This document shows positions 28,452-38,945 of a DNA stretch of 64,000 nt, one piece after another (the first letter of the stretch is position 1; every line of letters starts with the position of its first letter). The stretch spans positions 97,104-161,103 of the forward strand of contig CAYVEC010000001.1 in assembly GCA_964450385.1 (NCBI GenBank), written 5' to 3'. Source of the DNA: an uncultured Planctomycetales bacterium. GTDB taxonomy: Bacteria; Omnitrophota; Gorgyraeia; Zapsychrales; JANLHA01. The notes under the pieces were generated by a model that had not been told where the DNA came from, ran no database searches, and was given only the letters and a program-made list of their open reading frames with translations. A program made the translations under genes and the position numbers.

Positions 28452-29444
28452 ATGGCTAAAATTTATTATGATGGGGATGCGGACCTGTCCGTGCTTAAAA
28501 ACAGGGTGATCGGGGTGATCGGCTATGGGATTCAGGGCCGCGCCCAGGCGTTGAATCTGCGCGACTCGGGGCTTCAGGTCCTCGTGAGCGAGGTCAAGGG
28601 CACACCGAATTATGATCAGGCCGTCACCGATGGGTTTAAGCCGGTTGAGGCGAAAGTGGTCGCGAAAAAGGCGGATATCATTCAGATCCTCACCCAGGAT
28701 CATGTTCAGGCCGCACTTTATCGCAAGGCGATCCGTCGGTACCTCAAGGCTGGGAAATCACTCGTTTTTTCGCATGGGTTTAATATCCATTTTGAGCAGA
28801 TCGTGCCGCCGAAGGATGTCGATGTCTGGATGATCGCGCCCAAAAGCCCGGGTGCCCTGGTTCGACGTCAGTATGAGGAAGGCCGTGGGGTGCCGTGCCT
28901 GGTCGCTGTCTTTCAGGACGCCTCAGGAAAGGCGTTGAAGGATGCCTTGGCGTATGCCAAGGGGATCGGCGGGACACGCGCCGGGGTTATCGAGACGACC
29001 TTTAAGGAAGAGACCGAAACCGATCTCTTCGGCGAGCAGGCCGTGCTCTGCGGCGGGGCGAGTGAGCTGGTCAAGGCGGGTTTTGAGACCCTGGTCGATG
29101 CTGGGTATCAGCCCGAGATCGCGTATTTTGAATGCCTTCATGAGCTTAAGCTCATTGTTGACCTTTTTTATGAGGTTGGGATCCAGGGGATGCGCAAACG
29201 CGTGTCGGATACGGCTGAATACGGCGATTATTCCCGTGGCAAGCGGATCATTACTGACCGGACCCGTAAGGAGATGAAGAAGATTCTTGCTGAGGTTCAG
29301 TCGGGCAAGTTTGCCCGCGAGTGGATCCGCGAGAATAAGCGTGGACGTAAGAATTTTAACGCGATGCGTGCCGAGGGCGAGAATCATCCGATCGAGAAGA
29401 TCGGGGCTAAGCTGCGCGGCATGATGTCGTGGATGAAGAAATAA
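28452..29444 (+). CDS. ilvC: Ketol-acid reductoisomerase
   Basis: [40 protein letters not shown]... is the canonical class I KARI N-terminus; 330 aa. Confidence 0.95.
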   Translation: MAKIYYDGDADLSVLKNRVIGVIGYGIQGRAQALNLRDSGLQVLVSEVKGTPNYDQAVTDGFKPVEAKVVAKKADIIQILTQDHVQAALYRKAIRRYLKAGKSLVFSHGFNIHFEQIVPPKDVDVWMIAPKSPGALVRRQYEEGRGVPCLVAVFQDASGKALKDALAYAKGIGGTRAGVIETTFKEETETDLFGEQAVLCGGASELVKAGFETLVDAGYQPEIAYFECLHELKLIVDLFYEVGIQGMRKRVSDTAEYGDYSRGKRIITDRTRKEMKKILAEVQSGKFAREWIRENKRGRKNFNAMRAEGENHPIEKIGAKLRGMMSWMKK

Positions 29445-29546
29445 ATCATTGATCTGAGGACTGCGGCGGCACGATCACGGCTGGCGGTGAGCACAGCACG
29501 ATCGTGCCGTGGCATCTTGGCGACGCGTTACGCGTAAGGAGATATC

Positions 29547-31064
29547 ATGAGCGACCGGGTATTGATTTTCGATACAACGCTGAGGGACGGCGAGCAGGCC
29601 CCTGGGGCCAGCATGAACGAGACCGAGAAGCTTGAGGTCGCCCATGCCCTTGAGCGTCTCGGGGTCGACATCATTGAGGCGGGATTCCCTGTGAGTTCGC
29701 CTGGGGACTTCGCCTCGGTCCAGGCGATCGCGCGGGCGATCCGCGGATCGATCATCTGCGGGCTGGCCCGTTCTATCAAGAAAGATATCGACGCAGCCTA
29801 TGACGCGGTGAAGGTCGCGGCGCAGGGCCGGATCCATGTCTTTGTCGCGACGTCGAAGATCCATCTGGAGCATAAATTGAAAAAGGACCAGGACACGGTC
29901 CTCGAGATGGCTGTTGAGTCGGTCAAATATGCGAAGTCCAAGATGGCCGATATTGAGTTTTCTCCGGAGGATGCCTCACGGAGCGAGAAGGAATTTCTGT
30001 ATCGGATCCTCGAGGCGGTCATTAAGGCCGGGGCCACGACCGTGAACATCCCGGATACCGTCGGGTATACGAATCCTCAGGAGTATGCGCAGCTCATTAC
30101 GGACATCATCACGCATGTGCCCAACATCCGTCAGGCCGTGATTTCGGTCCACTGTCATGATGATCTGGGCCTGTCGGTCGCGAATTCTCTGGCCGCGATC
30201 AAGAACGGGGCCCGCCAGGTTGAGTGCACGATCAACGGGATCGGCGAACGCGCGGGGAATGCCGCGATGGAAGAAATTGTGATGGCGCTCAAGACACGGA
30301 AGGATTATTTCGGGGTCGATACGAAGATCAACACCCGTGAGATCACCCGCGTCTCGCGTCTCGTTTCAAAATTGACGGGGTTCCCGGTGCCGCCGAACAA
30401 GGCGATCGTTGGTGCGAATGCCTTTGCCCATGAGTCCGGCATCCATCAGCACGGGATCATGAACGAGCGGAGCACCTATGAGATCATGCGGGCCGAGGAT
30501 GTCGGGGTCGTCGGATGCGGCCTGGTTCTGGGAAAGCACTCGGGGCATCACGCCTTTGCCCAGCGGCTCCAGTCGCTCGGCGTTGGCCTCTCTGACGAAA
30601 AGATGGCCCTGGCCTTTGAGCGTTTTAAGGTCCTGGCTGACAAGAAAAAAGAGGTCTTTGATGAGGACCTGTTGGCGATCGTTGAGGATGAGTTCAAGAC
30701 CTTCGCCCCGGTCTGGATCCTGGATGATGTCGTGGTGAGCAGCGGGCTTAATATGATGCCGCAGGTTGAGGTCGTGCTCCGGAATAAGGACGGCAAGATC
30801 GAGCGGGCCGCCTCGTCGGGGGATGGTCCCGTGGACGCCTGCTATAAGGCCGTGGATTCGATCGTCGGCATGCGCGGCAAGCTCATGGATTATTCGATCC
30901 GCTCCGTGACCCATGGGAAGGACGCCTTGGGCGAGGTGAGCATTCGTGTTCAGTTCAAGGGCAAGGTCGTGGTGGCGAGCGCCGCCAGCACGGATATTAT
31001 TGTCGGGTCCGTGAAGGCCTACGTGAACGCCTTGAATAAGGTGATCGGTTACGAAGACCGCTGA
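29547..31064 (+). CDS. leuA: 2-isopropylmalate synthase / (R)-citramalate synthase family enzyme
   Basis: ...IFDTTLRDGEQAPGASM... and ...HCHDDLGL... are DRE-TIM metallolyase motifs, followed by a LeuA-type C-terminal regulatory domain. 505 aa (short form); LeuA versus CimA cannot be distinguished by eye. Confidence 0.85.
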   Translation: MSDRVLIFDTTLRDGEQAPGASMNETEKLEVAHALERLGVDIIEAGFPVSSPGDFASVQAIARAIRGSIICGLARSIKKDIDAAYDAVKVAAQGRIHVFVATSKIHLEHKLKKDQDTVLEMAVESVKYAKSKMADIEFSPEDASRSEKEFLYRILEAVIKAGATTVNIPDTVGYTNPQEYAQLITDIITHVPNIRQAVISVHCHDDLGLSVANSLAAIKNGARQVECTINGIGERAGNAAMEEIVMALKTRKDYFGVDTKINTREITRVSRLVSKLTGFPVPPNKAIVGANAFAHESGIHQHGIMNERSTYEIMRAEDVGVVGCGLVLGKHSGHHAFAQRLQSLGVGLSDEKMALAFERFKVLADKKKEVFDEDLLAIVEDEFKTFAPVWILDDVVVSSGLNMMPQVEVVLRNKDGKIERAASSGDGPVDACYKAVDSIVGMRGKLMDYSIRSVTHGKDALGEVSIRVQFKGKVVVASAASTDIIVGSVKAYVNALNKVIGYEDR

Positions 31065-31084
31065 CGCGTCGCGGCATATTCTTT

Positions 31085-31951
31085 ATGACAGAAGAGATCA
31101 CGACATACGGGCTGATCGGGTTCCCCCTGGGACACAGTCTATCCCCGTGCATGCATAACACGGCCTTTCGGGCGCTGGATGTCGACGCGATCTACAAACT
31201 ATTCCCTTTAAAGGATTCGGAGGTCGACCCGTTTATGCGGGCCCTGAAAGATCCCGCATCGCCGATCTTCGGGCTCAACGTAACGGTCCCGTATAAAGAG
31301 CGGGTCATCCCGTACCTTGACGCCCTTTCGCCTTTTGCTGAGAAGGCCCGCGCGGTCAACACGATCGTGATCGATGAGCAGCGGCGCCTTATTGGGCACA
31401 ATACGGACGGGCCGGGATTTTTGTCGCATCTGACGGAGCTCGGGGTCGATCCCTTGGGGAAGAGCATCGCCCTGATGGGCGCCGGCGGAGCAGCCCGCGC
31501 GATCGTGAGCGTCCTCTGCCTGCTCGAGGTCCCGCCGAAGGAGATCCGTTTTTTTGACCTTGATCGTGCGAAGGCCCAGATCCTCATCGAGGACCTCGGT
31601 GAACGGATCGATGTCTCGCCCGTGGAACTTGTGTCCCAGAGGGAGGATCTCGGGATCGATCGGGCCGATATTCTCATCAATGCCACGCCGGTCGGACTGC
31701 GTCCCGATGACCCGGAGCTCGTTAAGGAGCGCGAACTCCATGAGGGGTTGTTTGTCTATGACTTGATTTATAATCCGGCAGAGACGCGACTACTCGCCGC
31801 GGCGCATCGGTGCGGGTGCCGGGGTTCGAATGGATTGGGGATGCTGTTGTATCAGGGCGTCTTGGCCTTTCAATATTGGGCGAATATGGAATTGCCGATT
31901 GAGATCACACAGCAAATGCGCATGAGCCTTGAGCTCGGGGAGGTCATATGA
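31085..31951 (+). CDS. aroE: Shikimate dehydrogenase
   Basis: ...YGLIGFPLGHSLSPCMHNTAF... and ...GAGGAARA... match AroE. Confidence 0.85.
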   Translation: MTEEITTYGLIGFPLGHSLSPCMHNTAFRALDVDAIYKLFPLKDSEVDPFMRALKDPASPIFGLNVTVPYKERVIPYLDALSPFAEKARAVNTIVIDEQRRLIGHNTDGPGFLSHLTELGVDPLGKSIALMGAGGAARAIVSVLCLLEVPPKEIRFFDLDRAKAQILIEDLGERIDVSPVELVSQREDLGIDRADILINATPVGLRPDDPELVKERELHEGLFVYDLIYNPAETRLLAAAHRCGCRGSNGLGMLLYQGVLAFQYWANMELPIEITQQMRMSLELGEVI

Positions 31952-32982
31952 TGGGGGGTCCTGCCGTCGATGTCTTTGTCTTTCTCTTTGGGTCGATCAT
32001 CGGGAGTTTTTTGAATGTCTGTATCGTTCGGATGCCGAAAGGTGAGTCGGTCGTTGCTCCGCGCTCGCATTGCGGGGTCTGTCAGCGGCTGATTCCCTGG
32101 TATGATAATATCCCTTTGGTGTCGTATTTTCTGCTGCGGGGGCGGTGCCGGTCGTGCGGTTCGCGGTTTTCATTTCGGTACGTTTTTGTTGAGCTCCTCA
32201 CCGCGGCCGCGTTTTTAGGGTTGTACCGCTCATTCGGCTGGTCTGGACAGACGCTTGCCTATTGTGTCATGGTGTCGTGTTTTATCGTGGCCACCTTTGT
32301 GGATTTCGGACATCGGATCATTCCGGATGAGATCAGTGTCGGCGGGATGTTCGCGGGCCTTGCCCTGAGCGCAGTGACACTGGAGCTGCATGAGATCGAT
32401 CCGTCGGCCTTAGGGATCGGTCGTGTCGTGATGCGGGTCTTTGTCCTTGGATGTCTGGCGATCCATGCGATTGACTTTTTGATCCATCGGCGGGCCTGGG
32501 AGCGTGAGGACCGGATCCTGCTCAGCGTCATTGGCGGGCTTTTTGTTACCGAGGCCGTGCTTGCCGTCTTGGCCGGGCATCCGGGGATGAAGGCCTGGGA
32601 GGGATATCTCGCGAGCGCCGATGCCTCGGTCATCGGGCTTCTGTTAGGCGGGGGCATCATTTATGCGATGGGACTGCTCGGTGATGTGATCTTTCAGAAA
32701 GAATCAATGGGGGGCGGCGATGTGAAGCTCATGGCTCTGATCGGCGCGTTCCTCGGCTGGAAATTGGCGGTTGTGACGTTTTTTGTGGCGCCGTTCTTCG
32801 GCGCGGGCTACGGGATTGTTGAAAAGATCCGGACGCGCGACAGCGCGATCGCCTACGGACCGTTCTTGGTTCTCGGGGCCCTTGTCAGTCTTTTCTGGGG
32901 GCCTGAGATCATTGCCTGGGTGATGGGTCAGTACGGTTATGCCCCGGCGGAACTCTATGGGGGCATATCGGGCGGTTTGTGA
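31948..32982 (+). CDS. pilD: Prepilin (type IV) leader peptidase / N-methyltransferase
   Basis: The N-terminal zinc-binding CGVCQ...CRSCG pair, multiple TM helices and the catalytic-Asp-containing peptidase A24 domain (...GGGDVKLMALIGAFLGW...) are all present. 344 aa is longer than typical. Confidence 0.8.
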   Translation: MMGGPAVDVFVFLFGSIIGSFLNVCIVRMPKGESVVAPRSHCGVCQRLIPWYDNIPLVSYFLLRGRCRSCGSRFSFRYVFVELLTAAAFLGLYRSFGWSGQTLAYCVMVSCFIVATFVDFGHRIIPDEISVGGMFAGLALSAVTLELHEIDPSALGIGRVVMRVFVLGCLAIHAIDFLIHRRAWEREDRILLSVIGGLFVTEAVLAVLAGHPGMKAWEGYLASADASVIGLLLGGGIIYAMGLLGDVIFQKESMGGGDVKLMALIGAFLGWKLAVVTFFVAPFFGAGYGIVEKIRTRDSAIAYGPFLVLGALVSLFWGPEIIAWVMGQYGYAPAELYGGISGGL

Positions 32983-32993
32983 TCCGTGGGGAG

Positions 32994-33506
32994 ATGATGA
33001 GTATAAAAAATATCGTCCTTATTGGTTTTATGGGGGCAGGAAAATCCTCGGTCGCGCGCCTCATCTCGCGCCGCCTTAGCCGGCCGGTCGTCTCGATTGA
33101 TGAGCGGATCGTTGCCGACGAGGGGCGGTCGATCGCTGAGATCTTCGCCTGTGAGGGCGAAGGGTATTTCCGCGATATCGAGAGCCGGGTCATCCGCGGG
33201 CAGGCCGCGGCCCAGGGCGTGATCGTGGACTGTGGGGGCGGGGCGGTCCTGCGGTCCGAGAACGTCGCGGCCCTGAAACAGGGCGGGGTGATCGTTTATT
33301 TAAAGGCATCGCCGGAAACCGTGTACGCGCGGGTCAAGAACGAGCGGCATCGTCCGCTCCTCGTTTCAGCGGACCCGCTGTCAACGATCAGAACGATGCT
33401 CGCTGGGCGTGCCGAGGTCTATGCCGCGGCGGCCGATGTCGTGATCGATACGGACGGGAAGACGCCTGAGGCCGTGGCTGAAGAAATTATGAGGCGTGTC
33501 GAGTAG
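32994..33506 (+). CDS. aroK: Shikimate kinase
   Basis: ...IVLIGFMGAGKSSVARL... P-loop and SK core. ATG at 32994 follows ggggag; a GTG at 32979 overlapping the pilD stop is an alternative start. Confidence 0.85.
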   Translation: MMSIKNIVLIGFMGAGKSSVARLISRRLSRPVVSIDERIVADEGRSIAEIFACEGEGYFRDIESRVIRGQAAAQGVIVDCGGGAVLRSENVAALKQGGVIVYLKASPETVYARVKNERHRPLLVSADPLSTIRTMLAGRAEVYAAAADVVIDTDGKTPEAVAEEIMRRVE

Positions 33507-33557
33507 TGGCGGGTGATGTGGTGGCGGTGACGGGTGCGGGTGGTAGGAGACGATGCG

Positions 33558-34763
33558 ATGGACGAGAAGGATGCCTTGTTGTGCCTCAACGCGGTCGATG
33601 GTTTGGGTCCGGTTCGAATCCGGCAGCTTGTTGATCATTATGGATCGGCCCGAGAGGTCATTCGGCACCGGGCGCGGTGCCGTCCGTTCGGGCGCATTCC
33701 CCAGGCGGTCGTTGATTCCCTAAGGTCTTTCAATATCCTTGATTTTCTCGCATCAGAGCATGAGCGGATACGTCTTTGTGGAGTCAGTGTTTATTGCCCG
33801 GCGGATGAAGAGTATCCAGTCTTCCTGAAAAACATTCACGATGCACCGCCCATCCTTTATGTCTGGGGCGACATCCTCGTTTTCCGTTATCCGGCGGTGG
33901 CGGTTGTCGGGTCCCGGCGCTGTAGTATCTACGGCCGGCAGACAGCAACGCGTCTTGCGGATGAACTTGCGTCGCATGGGGTGGTTGTAATATCGGGGTT
34001 GGCCCGCGGGATCGATGCCGCGGCGCATCGGGGCGCGCTCGGTGCCGGGGGGTTTACGGCTGCTGTTTTAGGCAGCGGGCTTGATGCTATTTATCCATCG
34101 GAGCATCTCGATCTGGCCCGGTCGATCGCGGAACACGGGGCCGTGATTTCCGAATTCCCCATGGCGACATCGGCCCGGCCGGGTCATTTTCCGCGGCGAA
34201 ACCGGATCATCAGCGGCCTCTCCCGCGGGGTCGTTGTGGTCGAGGCTACGCGCCGGAGCGGCGCGCTGCTCACGGCCCAGTTCGCGCTTGAGCAGGGACG
34301 CGAGGTCTATGCGGTTCCGGGCAAGATCGACAGCCCGGAGAGTTATGGGCCCCTGGGTCTTATTAAGGAAGGGGCCATGATGGTCTGTTCCGCTCAAGAT
34401 ATTTTAGAGGATCTTGGGGTCGAGCCCGTAACGAAATTGAATCCAGACTTTGCAAACGAGGGATTTTGTGATAATCTTTCAGGGCCGTCTCGTGAGATTT
34501 ATGCATGTCTCACAGATGAGCCGGTCTCGATCGATGAGATCGTGGCTCGAACCGGACAGGCCGTGTCGGATGTCCTCGCCGGGCTGCTCGCCTTGGAATG
34601 CCGGCGGGTGATCGAGCGGGTCGGGCCTAATCGGATTGCGCGATCGGCCGTGGCCGATCACGGCCGTAGAGATGGAGCAGGGGATCATGGCAGAGAAATT
34701 AGTTATCGTGGAGTCGCCAACCAAGATCAAGACGATCAGCAAGATCTTGGGCAGGCAATATAA
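33558..34763 (+). CDS. dprA: DNA processing protein DprA (Smf)
   Basis: ...VVGSRRCSIYGRQTATRLADELASHGVVVISGLARGIDAAAHRGAL... is the Rossmann-like DprA core. ATG at 33558 follows ggtaggaga. The 3' end overlaps the topA start by 77 nt, so the tail may be over-extended. Confidence 0.85.
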   Translation: MDEKDALLCLNAVDGLGPVRIRQLVDHYGSAREVIRHRARCRPFGRIPQAVVDSLRSFNILDFLASEHERIRLCGVSVYCPADEEYPVFLKNIHDAPPILYVWGDILVFRYPAVAVVGSRRCSIYGRQTATRLADELASHGVVVISGLARGIDAAAHRGALGAGGFTAAVLGSGLDAIYPSEHLDLARSIAEHGAVISEFPMATSARPGHFPRRNRIISGLSRGVVVVEATRRSGALLTAQFALEQGREVYAVPGKIDSPESYGPLGLIKEGAMMVCSAQDILEDLGVEPVTKLNPDFANEGFCDNLSGPSREIYACLTDEPVSIDEIVARTGQAVSDVLAGLLALECRRVIERVGPNRIARSAVADHGRRDGAGDHGREISYRGVANQDQDDQQDLGQAI

Positions 34764-36660
34764 GGTCGTTTCGTCGATGGGGCATCTCATCGATCTCCCT
34801 AAGGCGTCCTTCGGCGTGGACGTTGAGAATGCCTTCACGCCGAAATTCATCGTGGTGCGCGCGAAGCAAAAGATCCTCGGCAAACTCAAGAAGGAGGCCG
34901 AGGGAAAAAAAGAGATCTACTTCGCGACCGATCCTGATCGGGAGGGTGAGGCGATTGGGTGGAATCTCGCCCAGCAGATCGGCGACGGGAAAAAGATTTT
35001 TCGTGTGACCTTCCAGGAGATCACCAAGGGTGCCGTGAAGCGCGCCTTTGAGCATCCGCGTGATTTTAATCAGAACTTGATCAGCGCGCAGATGAGCCGG
35101 CGGGTTCTGGATCGCATCGTGGGTTATAAGATCAGCCCGTTGTTGTGGCAGAAGGTGGGCTCGCGGTTGAGCGCCGGTCGCGTTCAGAGCGTGGCCCTGC
35201 GGCTGATCGTTGAACGCGAACGCGAGATCCGTGGGTTTGTCCCGCAGGAGTATTGGCAGATCGCGGTAGATCTTCAAAAGGCCGGGGTCGAAGGTGCGCT
35301 GGCGACACAACTTGAAAAAATTGCGGACGAGAAATTCTCGGCCAAGACGATCGCGGAGGCCGAGGCCGTTGCCGAGGAACTCCGGTCTCAGACATTCACG
35401 ATCACGGGGATCACGGACCGTCAGCGCTCGAAAAAGGCCCTGCCGCCGTTCATCACAAGCACCCTTCAGCAGGAGGCCTTTAACAAGTTAGGCTTTAACG
35501 CGGACCGCACGATGCGGGTGGCCCAGCAGCTTTATGAGGGGATCGACATCGGTAATGGTGAGACCGTTGGGTTGATCACCTATATGCGCACGGATTCGGT
35601 CGCGATCTCGCAGGAGGCCCTTGAGCGGGTCCGGTCGTTTATCGTAGAAGAGTGCGGCAACGAGTACCTGCCGTCGGAGCCCAATGTTTATCGTTCCAAA
35701 AAATCAGCCCAGGAGGCGCATGAGGCGATCCGTCCGTCCCAGATCGATCTGAAGCCTGAGCAGCTCGAGGGTGTTCTTGATAAGGATCAGTACCGGCTTT
35801 ACGACCTCATCTGGCGCCGGTGTATTAGCTCTCAGATGACACCGGCCCTGTATCAGACCCGGCGGATCGATGTCAGAGCGGGCCGTTTTTCACTCGGTGC
35901 CTCGGGATCGATCCTGATCTTTGACGGGTTTCTCAAAGTCAGTCAGGACAAGAACGGTGACGATGAATCGCGCGCGGACCTCACTGCGTATGAGCAGGGT
36001 GATGGTCTCTCTCTCGTTGAGGTGCGGCCCACGCAGCATTTTACGAAGCCGCCGCCACGCTATTCAGACGCGACCCTGGTCAAGGCCCTTGAAGAGAACG
36101 GGATCGGCCGGCCGAGTACCTATGCCTCGATCATTCTGACCCTCGTGGCCCGGAATTATATGACGCGGCAGAAGGGATATTTTCACGCCACGGGACTCGG
36201 GGAGCAGGTGATCGAGCTCCTCGTCGGATATTTTCCGCGGATCCTGGATGTCCAGTTCACGGCGAAGATGGAAGAGGACCTGGACCGTGTCGAGGAGGGC
36301 GCGGTGACCTATCTCGGGCTGATGACGGAATTTTATGAACCGTTCCAGAAGGAGCTCGCCCATGCGGACACGCATATGGAGCGGACTCAGAATTTTGTCG
36401 ATGAGGAGTGCCCGGAGTGTCATCAGCGGCTTGTCGTTAAATGGGGCCGCCGCGGGCGGTTCTTGAGCTGTTCCGGGTTCCCTCAGTGCAAGTTCGCGAA
36501 ACCGTTCACGACCGGGGTCCGCTGCCCGCAGGACGGCTGCACCGGAGAGCTTGTCCAGCGCCAGTCGCGGGGCCGGCATTTTTATGGATGCAGCCGTTAT
36601 CCGGCGTGCACTTTTACCTCCAATTCTCTGCCGTCGGAATCTGACGCGGCCAAATCCTAA
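34687..36660 (+). CDS. topA: DNA topoisomerase I
   Basis: [22 protein letters not shown]... is the Toprim N-terminus. The topo IA core and C-terminal Zn-ribbon repeats ([27 protein letters not shown]..., CPQDGC...YGCSRYPAC) follow. Confidence 0.95.
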   Translation: MAEKLVIVESPTKIKTISKILGRQYKVVSSMGHLIDLPKASFGVDVENAFTPKFIVVRAKQKILGKLKKEAEGKKEIYFATDPDREGEAIGWNLAQQIGDGKKIFRVTFQEITKGAVKRAFEHPRDFNQNLISAQMSRRVLDRIVGYKISPLLWQKVGSRLSAGRVQSVALRLIVEREREIRGFVPQEYWQIAVDLQKAGVEGALATQLEKIADEKFSAKTIAEAEAVAEELRSQTFTITGITDRQRSKKALPPFITSTLQQEAFNKLGFNADRTMRVAQQLYEGIDIGNGETVGLITYMRTDSVAISQEALERVRSFIVEECGNEYLPSEPNVYRSKKSAQEAHEAIRPSQIDLKPEQLEGVLDKDQYRLYDLIWRRCISSQMTPALYQTRRIDVRAGRFSLGASGSILIFDGFLKVSQDKNGDDESRADLTAYEQGDGLSLVEVRPTQHFTKPPPRYSDATLVKALEENGIGRPSTYASIILTLVARNYMTRQKGYFHATGLGEQVIELLVGYFPRILDVQFTAKMEEDLDRVEEGAVTYLGLMTEFYEPFQKELAHADTHMERTQNFVDEECPECHQRLVVKWGRRGRFLSCSGFPQCKFAKPFTTGVRCPQDGCTGELVQRQSRGRHFYGCSRYPACTFTSNSLPSESDAAKS

Positions 36661-36728
36661 AAAAACAGCCCTGCCTCTGGCCTCTATTTTGCCGGGATGA
36701 TACAATACAGACAAAAACGGCGAGGCGC

Positions 36729-37592
36729 ATGAACAGATATATTGAGAAGTATCTTACCTTCCTTGAGATCGAAAAGAACTATTCGGCGCACACGATCGTC
36801 AATTATAAGGTTGATCTTGACGAGTTCTTTGAATTTATGGGGCCGGCCCGCGATGTCAAGTCGGTCGTGTATCTTGATTTTCGCCGGTTCTTGGCTCACC
36901 TCAGGCAGGGCCAGCTGAGGCCGAGAACCCTGGCGCGCAAGCTCTCCTCCTTGAGGAGCTTCTTCCGGTTTCTTCATCGTGAGGGATTGATCGATCAGAA
37001 TCCCGCGCTCTTGGTGATGACGCCTAAATTGGACAAGCCGTTACCGAAATTTTTATCCGAGCAGGAGATGGTCAGACTGCTTGAGATCCCGCCGGCGGAT
37101 ACCCTGACCGGGCTTCGTGACCGGGCCATCCTTGAGACGCTGTACAGCAGCGGGATCCGCGTCTCAGAGCTCGTTGGTCTGAATCTTGACAGCGTGGATA
37201 TGATCAGCAATGTTGTCAAAGTCGAAGGGAAGGGGAAAAAGGAACGGCTGGTCCCGATCGGGCAGAAGGCCCAGGTCGCGATCGCGGTGTATTTAAAAAA
37301 ACGGAAGTCGAACCAGCGGGCCGTGTTCCTTAACAAGAGCGGGTCGCGGCTCACGGACCGGAGCGTGAGGAACATCGTCAATAAATATATTCTGAAGGCG
37401 AGCATTCAGCTTCATGTTTATCCGCACATGTTTCGACACTCGTTTGCGACCCATCTGCTTGATCGAGGGGCTGACCTTCGTTCAGTTCAGGAATTATTGG
37501 GGCACAGCAATCTCTCAACAACCCAGATCTATACGCACGTCACGACCGATCGGTTGAAACGTGTCTATGATCAGGCGCATCCGCGCGCGTAA
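36729..37592 (+). CDS. xerC: Tyrosine recombinase XerC/XerD family
   Basis: R...HxxR...Y catalytic pattern: ...[10 protein letters not shown]..., ...[39 protein letters not shown].... 287 aa. It sits in the conserved dprA-topA-xer neighbourhood, so it is probably the chromosomal dimer-resolution recombinase rather than a mobile-element integrase. Confidence 0.85.
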   Translation: MNRYIEKYLTFLEIEKNYSAHTIVNYKVDLDEFFEFMGPARDVKSVVYLDFRRFLAHLRQGQLRPRTLARKLSSLRSFFRFLHREGLIDQNPALLVMTPKLDKPLPKFLSEQEMVRLLEIPPADTLTGLRDRAILETLYSSGIRVSELVGLNLDSVDMISNVVKVEGKGKKERLVPIGQKAQVAIAVYLKKRKSNQRAVFLNKSGSRLTDRSVRNIVNKYILKASIQLHVYPHMFRHSFATHLLDRGADLRSVQELLGHSNLSTTQIYTHVTTDRLKRVYDQAHPRA

Positions 37593-37601
37593 GGAGGCGG
37601 T

Positions 37602-38864
37602 GTGGTTGTTCTCTATGATCTGATCTTTGTGGTTTTTGCTATTCTCTACGTTCCGTACCTTGTGATCCGCCGGAAATGGCATCCCCAGTTCAGGATGCGT
37701 CTCGGCCGGATCCCGCGATATCTGGTGCAGCGTTTCCGTGACCAGCCGCAGATTTGGGTTCATGCTGTCTCGGTCGGAGAGGTTATGACGGTCGTGGGGT
37801 TGGTCCAGGCGCTCAAGCGCCGGTATCCCCATCACGGGATCGTGCTCTCGACGGTGACAACGACCGGTTATGAGGTGGCCCGGGCCCAGCTTGCGCCTGA
37901 GGACGCGGTGATCTTTGCCCCGCTCGATTTTAGCCCGATCGTCCGGCACCTCGTCAGGGTGATCCGTCCTGTTCTCTATGTGACCGCGGAGACCGAGATC
38001 TGGCCCAATATTTTTTACGCCCTTCATCGGCGTTTTGTGCCGATCGTCATGGTCAACGGCCGCTTGTCGGATAAGGGGTTTCGCCGGTATCATTTAGGGC
38101 GGTGGTTTATTTATCGGGTGCTTCAGTATGTCCGCTTTTTCTGTATGCAGTCCGAACTTGATGCCGAGCGTGTGACCGCTCTTGGCGCCTCGCCCGCCAA
38201 GGTGGCGGTGACCGGGAATATGAAGTTCGACCAGGCTGGGCATGGCGCGGCGCATAAGGTCGACGCGGTCGTTGGGTCATGGACCGGTCCCGTCTGGATC
38301 GCGGGGAGTACGCATCCGGGCGAGGAGGCGATCGTCCTGCATGTCTTTAAACAGCTCCGGCTGGAATTCCCGCTGTTGAAGCTGATCGTGGTCCCCCGGC
38401 ATGTTGAACGGGTCGATGAGGTCGCGGCGATCATTCGTCAGGAGGGGCTGGAGTGTCAGCGGTATACGGAATTGGAAAATGGGGGCGCCTTGACTGGAAG
38501 GATCCTGCTCGTGGACGTGATCGGGCGTCTCAAAGGGCTTTACGCGGTGGCGAGCGTGGTGTTTGTTGGTAAGAGCCTGTGCGGCCGAGGCGGTCAGAAT
38601 ATGATCGAGCCGGCCTTCTTTGGGAAACCCGTCATCGTCGGGCCTCAGACCCAGAATTTTAAAAGCATTATCGAATTGCTTATCCGCCGTCAGGCCGTGT
38701 CGGTTGTTCGGAATCCCCAGGAACTCAGAGACGTCCTTAAAGATCTACTGCGAGACCCTGTCAAGGCTGGGGCCATGGGTGCGCGGGCGCGCGAGGTGGT
38801 CATGGACCAGCAGGGCGCGACCGTGAGGACCCTCGAGATCATCACAAATATCCTTCCAGAATAA
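37602..38864 (+). CDS. waaA: 3-deoxy-D-manno-octulosonic acid (Kdo) transferase
   Basis: The membrane-proximal N-terminus, GT-B KdtA pattern and length (420 aa) fit WaaA/KdtA. lpxK follows directly, as in many genomes. Confidence 0.9.
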   Translation: MVVLYDLIFVVFAILYVPYLVIRRKWHPQFRMRLGRIPRYLVQRFRDQPQIWVHAVSVGEVMTVVGLVQALKRRYPHHGIVLSTVTTTGYEVARAQLAPEDAVIFAPLDFSPIVRHLVRVIRPVLYVTAETEIWPNIFYALHRRFVPIVMVNGRLSDKGFRRYHLGRWFIYRVLQYVRFFCMQSELDAERVTALGASPAKVAVTGNMKFDQAGHGAAHKVDAVVGSWTGPVWIAGSTHPGEEAIVLHVFKQLRLEFPLLKLIVVPRHVERVDEVAAIIRQEGLECQRYTELENGGALTGRILLVDVIGRLKGLYAVASVVFVGKSLCGRGGQNMIEPAFFGKPVIVGPQTQNFKSIIELLIRRQAVSVVRNPQELRDVLKDLLRDPVKAGAMGARAREVVMDQQGATVRTLEIITNILPE

Positions 38865-38945
38865 TAGATAATAAAAATATCAGTACTAGAAATTTAAAGC
38901 CTTTACGGTAAAATAATAGGCAAACTTTATCTTAAAGGGGTATGG

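Noticed and set aside
28410-29535. ACGCGT hexamers shared by the ilvC and leuA upstream regions as a common regulator motif
   Set aside because: ACGCGT is expected about 20 times by chance in 64 kb at this base composition, so there is not enough evidence.
36729-37592. xerC-like tyrosine recombinase as the integrase of a mobile element or genomic island
   Set aside because: It sits in the conserved dprA-topA-xerC housekeeping arrangement, and there are no flanking repeats, tRNA insertion site or cargo genes. It is probably the chromosomal dimer-resolution recombinase.
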